A DNA stretch of 64,000 nucleotides. Source: Bdellovibrionales bacterium. GTDB lineage: Bacteria > Bdellovibrionota > Bdellovibrionia > Bdellovibrionales > UBA1609. Where the stretch lies: assembly GCA_041690295.1 (NCBI GenBank), contig JAWLHR010000002.1, forward strand, positions 128,001 through 192,000. The letters are read 5' to 3'. Below the pieces are notes generated by a model. It ran no database searches and was not told the DNA's origin. It saw only the letters and a list, made by a program, of their open reading frames with translations. Positions 61,629-64,000 of this stretch are shown here, in pieces; positions within the stretch are counted from its first letter, which is position 1; each line of letters opens with the position of its first letter. The position numbers and the translations under genes were made by a program.

Positions 61629-62338
61629 ACTCACGCGCCCAGCTGTCCAATCCGCTGTTCGTGGCTCTCGATGTTGATGACGCCGAAGCCGCGCTCCATC
61701 TGGCGACTCAATGCCGGGCCTTCGTGGGTGGTTTTAAGGTCGGCCCCCGTCTGGCCATCCGCTACGGGGAAAGCCTGCTTAAAGAGGTCGCCCGCCACGG
61801 CAGTTTGTTCGTCGATAATAAATACTTCGATATTCCCTCCACCATGGAATCCGCTGTCCGCGCTTCGTTTGAAATGGGCGCGAGTTTTTGTACGGTGCAT
61901 GCCCATGCCGGCCGCGAGGCTTTATCGTTACTGGCCAAGGTGGAAGAAGAGCTTTGCCAAAAGCGGCCGTTTCGAATTCTCGCGGTCACCGTGTTGACCA
62001 GTTTCAAGCAGGAGACCTTGCCGCCGATGCTTCGCCAGCAACCCATTGCCGAACAAGTGCGGACCTTGGCGAAACTGGCCATCGAAAGCGGAATTTCTGG
62101 ATTGGTTTGCTCACCCGAGGAAGTCGAGATGCTGCGCCAGCTTTTTCCCGACGCTTATCTGGTCACGCCGGGTGTGCGCTTAAGCCATGAAGATCGTGGC
62201 GATCAAATCCGGGTTTCCGATCCTCTGACGGCGCTCCGCCGAGGGGCATCCGCCCTGGTGGTCGGGCGTCCCATTTACGATTCCCTTGAACCGGCTTTAG
62301 CCGCCAAAACCTATTATGAAGAAATTCAAAAGCGCTAG
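61625..62338 (+). CDS. pyrF: Orotidine-5'-phosphate decarboxylase
   Basis: VALD, DNKYFDIPST, AVTVLTS, TPGVR and VVGRPI motifs. Confidence 0.95.
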   Translation: MNSRAQLSNPLFVALDVDDAEAALHLATQCRAFVGGFKVGPRLAIRYGESLLKEVARHGSLFVDNKYFDIPSTMESAVRASFEMGASFCTVHAHAGREALSLLAKVEEELCQKRPFRILAVTVLTSFKQETLPPMLRQQPIAEQVRTLAKLAIESGISGLVCSPEEVEMLRQLFPDAYLVTPGVRLSHEDRGDQIRVSDPLTALRRGASALVVGRPIYDSLEPALAAKTYYEEIQKR

Positions 62339-63107
62339 ACGGGGACCTCAGGATCGGCCGTCACGTGGGCCGCAGGTGCCGCGCGGCCGGTGTGTCGTGG
62401 GAATTCACGCCGTGAACGAAGCTTTGAAGGTTCGCCCGCGCGCCATCGAGGCTGTATGGCTGCGTGAACGTCACACCGATCATCCCGAGCTCAAGCGTCT
62501 TGGTGAGCTGGCTCAGAGGCTCAATGTTAAGGTGGAGATCAAACCGCCCGGCGTTCTGGATAAAATCATCGGTTCAAATCAAGGCATCGTGGCGTTCGTC
62601 TCCGAGAGGCCCGAAATCGATTGGCCGGCCATCGAAAAAGCCGAGCGCGCCGTGCTTTTGGCTTTGGATGAAGTCGAAGATCCGCACAACCTGGGAGCCG
62701 TGCTCAGGACCGCCTGGCTGCTCAATGCCCAAGGCGTTCTGGTGCCGGAGCATCGAAGCGCCGACCTGTCCCCGGCGGCATCGAAGGTGGCGCAAGGGGC
62801 CACCGAGCACGTGCCGGTGGAAAAAGATCACGCCCTCCCGCAGCGCCTCGAACGGCTCAAAGAGCATGGATTTTGGATCCTCGGACTCGCTCACAACAGT
62901 CGGCAAAATTTATTTACTCTGGACATTCCCCCAAAGGTGGTTTGGGTGTTGGGCTCGGAATCGGGCGGTTTGCGCAAATCTGTGGCCGCGGTCTGTGATG
63001 ACCTGATCGCGATCCCCCAATCCAACCCGGACGCCAGCTATAACGTCTCCGTCGCCGCCGCCATCGCCCTGTCCGAAACCTTCCGCCAGGCCCAGGCGAA
63101 GACCTGA
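62316..63107 (+). CDS. rlmB: 23S rRNA 2'-O-methyltransferase, RlmB/TrmH family
   Basis: GIHAV.EAL, DPHNLGA..R, GSESGG and SYNVSVA motifs. Confidence 0.85.
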   Translation: MKKFKSARRGPQDRPSRGPQVPRGRCVVGIHAVNEALKVRPRAIEAVWLRERHTDHPELKRLGELAQRLNVKVEIKPPGVLDKIIGSNQGIVAFVSERPEIDWPAIEKAERAVLLALDEVEDPHNLGAVLRTAWLLNAQGVLVPEHRSADLSPAASKVAQGATEHVPVEKDHALPQRLERLKEHGFWILGLAHNSRQNLFTLDIPPKVVWVLGSESGGLRKSVAAVCDDLIAIPQSNPDASYNVSVAAAIALSETFRQAQAKT

Positions 63108-63196
63108 GTCATCGGTTCGAATTCGGTCGCCGACGCCAAAGTTCCCTCAAGTAATGCGTTTTAATCCCTCAGTTCGAATATATGCGAGTTGAGTGA

Positions 63197-63226
63197 TTGA
63201 CAGCGCGCTGCACGATCACCTATTTT
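63197..63226 (+). promoter_or_regulatory. Sigma-70-like promoter of the tRNA-tuf operon
   Basis: TTGACA-18 nt-TATTTT. Confidence 0.45.
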
Positions 63227-63389
63227 AAACCCTCAACGCAACCGGCTCTGAAAACCATAACCTCTCAATTTTCCGTGGAAATATATTTTGACTGCAATTG
63301 TGATGCTTGAGTAGAAGAGTTGTTTGCAAATCGACTTAGGAGCATTTTTTTGCCTTTTTCCGGCAGAGAAGTGTTTTCTTCGGCGAGAC

Positions 63390-63465
63390 GCTGGCTTAGC
63401 TCAATTGGTAGAGCAGCTGATTTGTAATCAGCAGGTTGCGGGTTCGAGTCCCATAGCCAGCTCCA
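63390..63465 (+). tRNA. tRNA-Thr(TGT)
   Basis: Cloverleaf, anticodon arm GCTGA-TTTGTAA-TCAGC, GGTTCGA T-loop, CCA end. Confidence 0.97.
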
Positions 63466-63472
63466 ATGGCAC

Positions 63473-63558
63473 GGAGAGGTGCCCGAGTGGCTAAAGGGGA
63501 CGGACTGTAAATCCGTTGGCTTATGCCTACGTAGGTTCGAATCCTACCCTCTCCACCA
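63473..63558 (+). tRNA. tRNA-Tyr(GTA)
   Basis: Anticodon arm ACGGA-CTGTAAA-TCCGT, long variable arm, CCA end. Confidence 0.97.
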
Positions 63559-63580
63559 GGTTGTTTGCGAAGGAGCATGA

Positions 63581-63657
63581 GCGGGAGTAGCTCAATTGGC
63601 TAGAGTATCAGCCTTCCAAGCTGAGGGTTGCGGGTTCGAGACCCGTCTCCCGCTCCA
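63581..63657 (+). tRNA. tRNA-Gly(TCC)
   Basis: Anticodon arm TCAGC-CTTCCAA-GCTGA, CCA end. Confidence 0.97.
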
Positions 63658-63675
63658 AATTGGGTGTGAAGTGAC

Positions 63676-63750
63676 GCCCATGTGGCTCAGGGGTAGAGCA
63701 CACCCTTGGTAAGGGTGAGGTCGTGAGTTCGAGTCTCACCATGGGCTCCA
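63676..63750 (+). tRNA. tRNA-Thr(GGT)
   Basis: Anticodon arm CACCC-TTGGTAA-GGGTG, CCA end. Confidence 0.97.
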
Positions 63751-63808
63751 GTAATTTGAGTTAGTTTAGTAAAGGTGTTTTTAAAAGCGAATCAGGAGGA
63801 GATTCAAA

Positions 63809-64000
63809 ATGGCAAAAGAGACCTTTAAGCGGGACAAGCCGCACGTCAACATCGGGACCATCGGACACGTGGACCACGGGAAAACCACATTGACCGCGGC
63901 CATCACAACTGTCCTTGCGAAAAAAGGTGGCGCGAGCGCTATGGCTTACGATCAGATCGATAAAGCGCCCGAAGAAAAAGAGCGCGGAATTACGATCTCC
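63809..64000 (+). CDS. tuf: Elongation factor Tu, partial (5' end)
   Basis: [33 protein letters not shown]...[19 protein letters not shown]. Confidence 0.98.
   Translation, partial: MAKETFKRDKPHVNIGTIGHVDHGKTTLTAAITTVLAKKGGASAMAYDQIDKAPEEKERGITIS

Noticed and set aside
63396..63578. 60-aa minus-strand ORF
   Set aside because: It is antisense to tRNA-Thr and tRNA-Tyr.

Overview
This is a chromosomal segment of a Bdellovibrionota-like predatory bacterium. The assignment is inferred from a TIGR02147/DUF4423-type protein, a Glt/Agm-type gliding cluster, a short 277-aa flagellin and a hydrophilic-arm-only nuoB-CD-E-F-G-I operon. Most of the window is housekeeping: purH, yhaM, rsmI, an ABC exporter pair, an S8 protease, ugd, recO, gmhB, an xerC-like recombinase, clpB, ribE-ribBA-ribH, ntrYX, proS, pyrF, rlmB, four tRNAs (Thr-Tyr-Gly-Thr) and the start of tuf. 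The main structure these genes do not explain is a dispersed 17-bp palindrome, ACTTCCGA-W-TCGGAAGT. It has 6 perfect copies and several degenerate ones. Copies sit between convergent genes, form a 36-bp tandem array, cluster upstream of an HNH endonuclease gene and occur once in frame inside that gene (encoding TSESEV). This is a candidate REP-like repeat/HNH nuclease system, and the link to the nuclease is inference. Other notable items are tandem duplications of gene 3' ends near the HNH gene, a GGA-rich (CsrA-like) flagellin leader, a RibBA whose GTP cyclohydrolase II zinc site is lost, and a stop-interrupted prepilin/C-type-lectin-like gene with a decayed tandem paralog.
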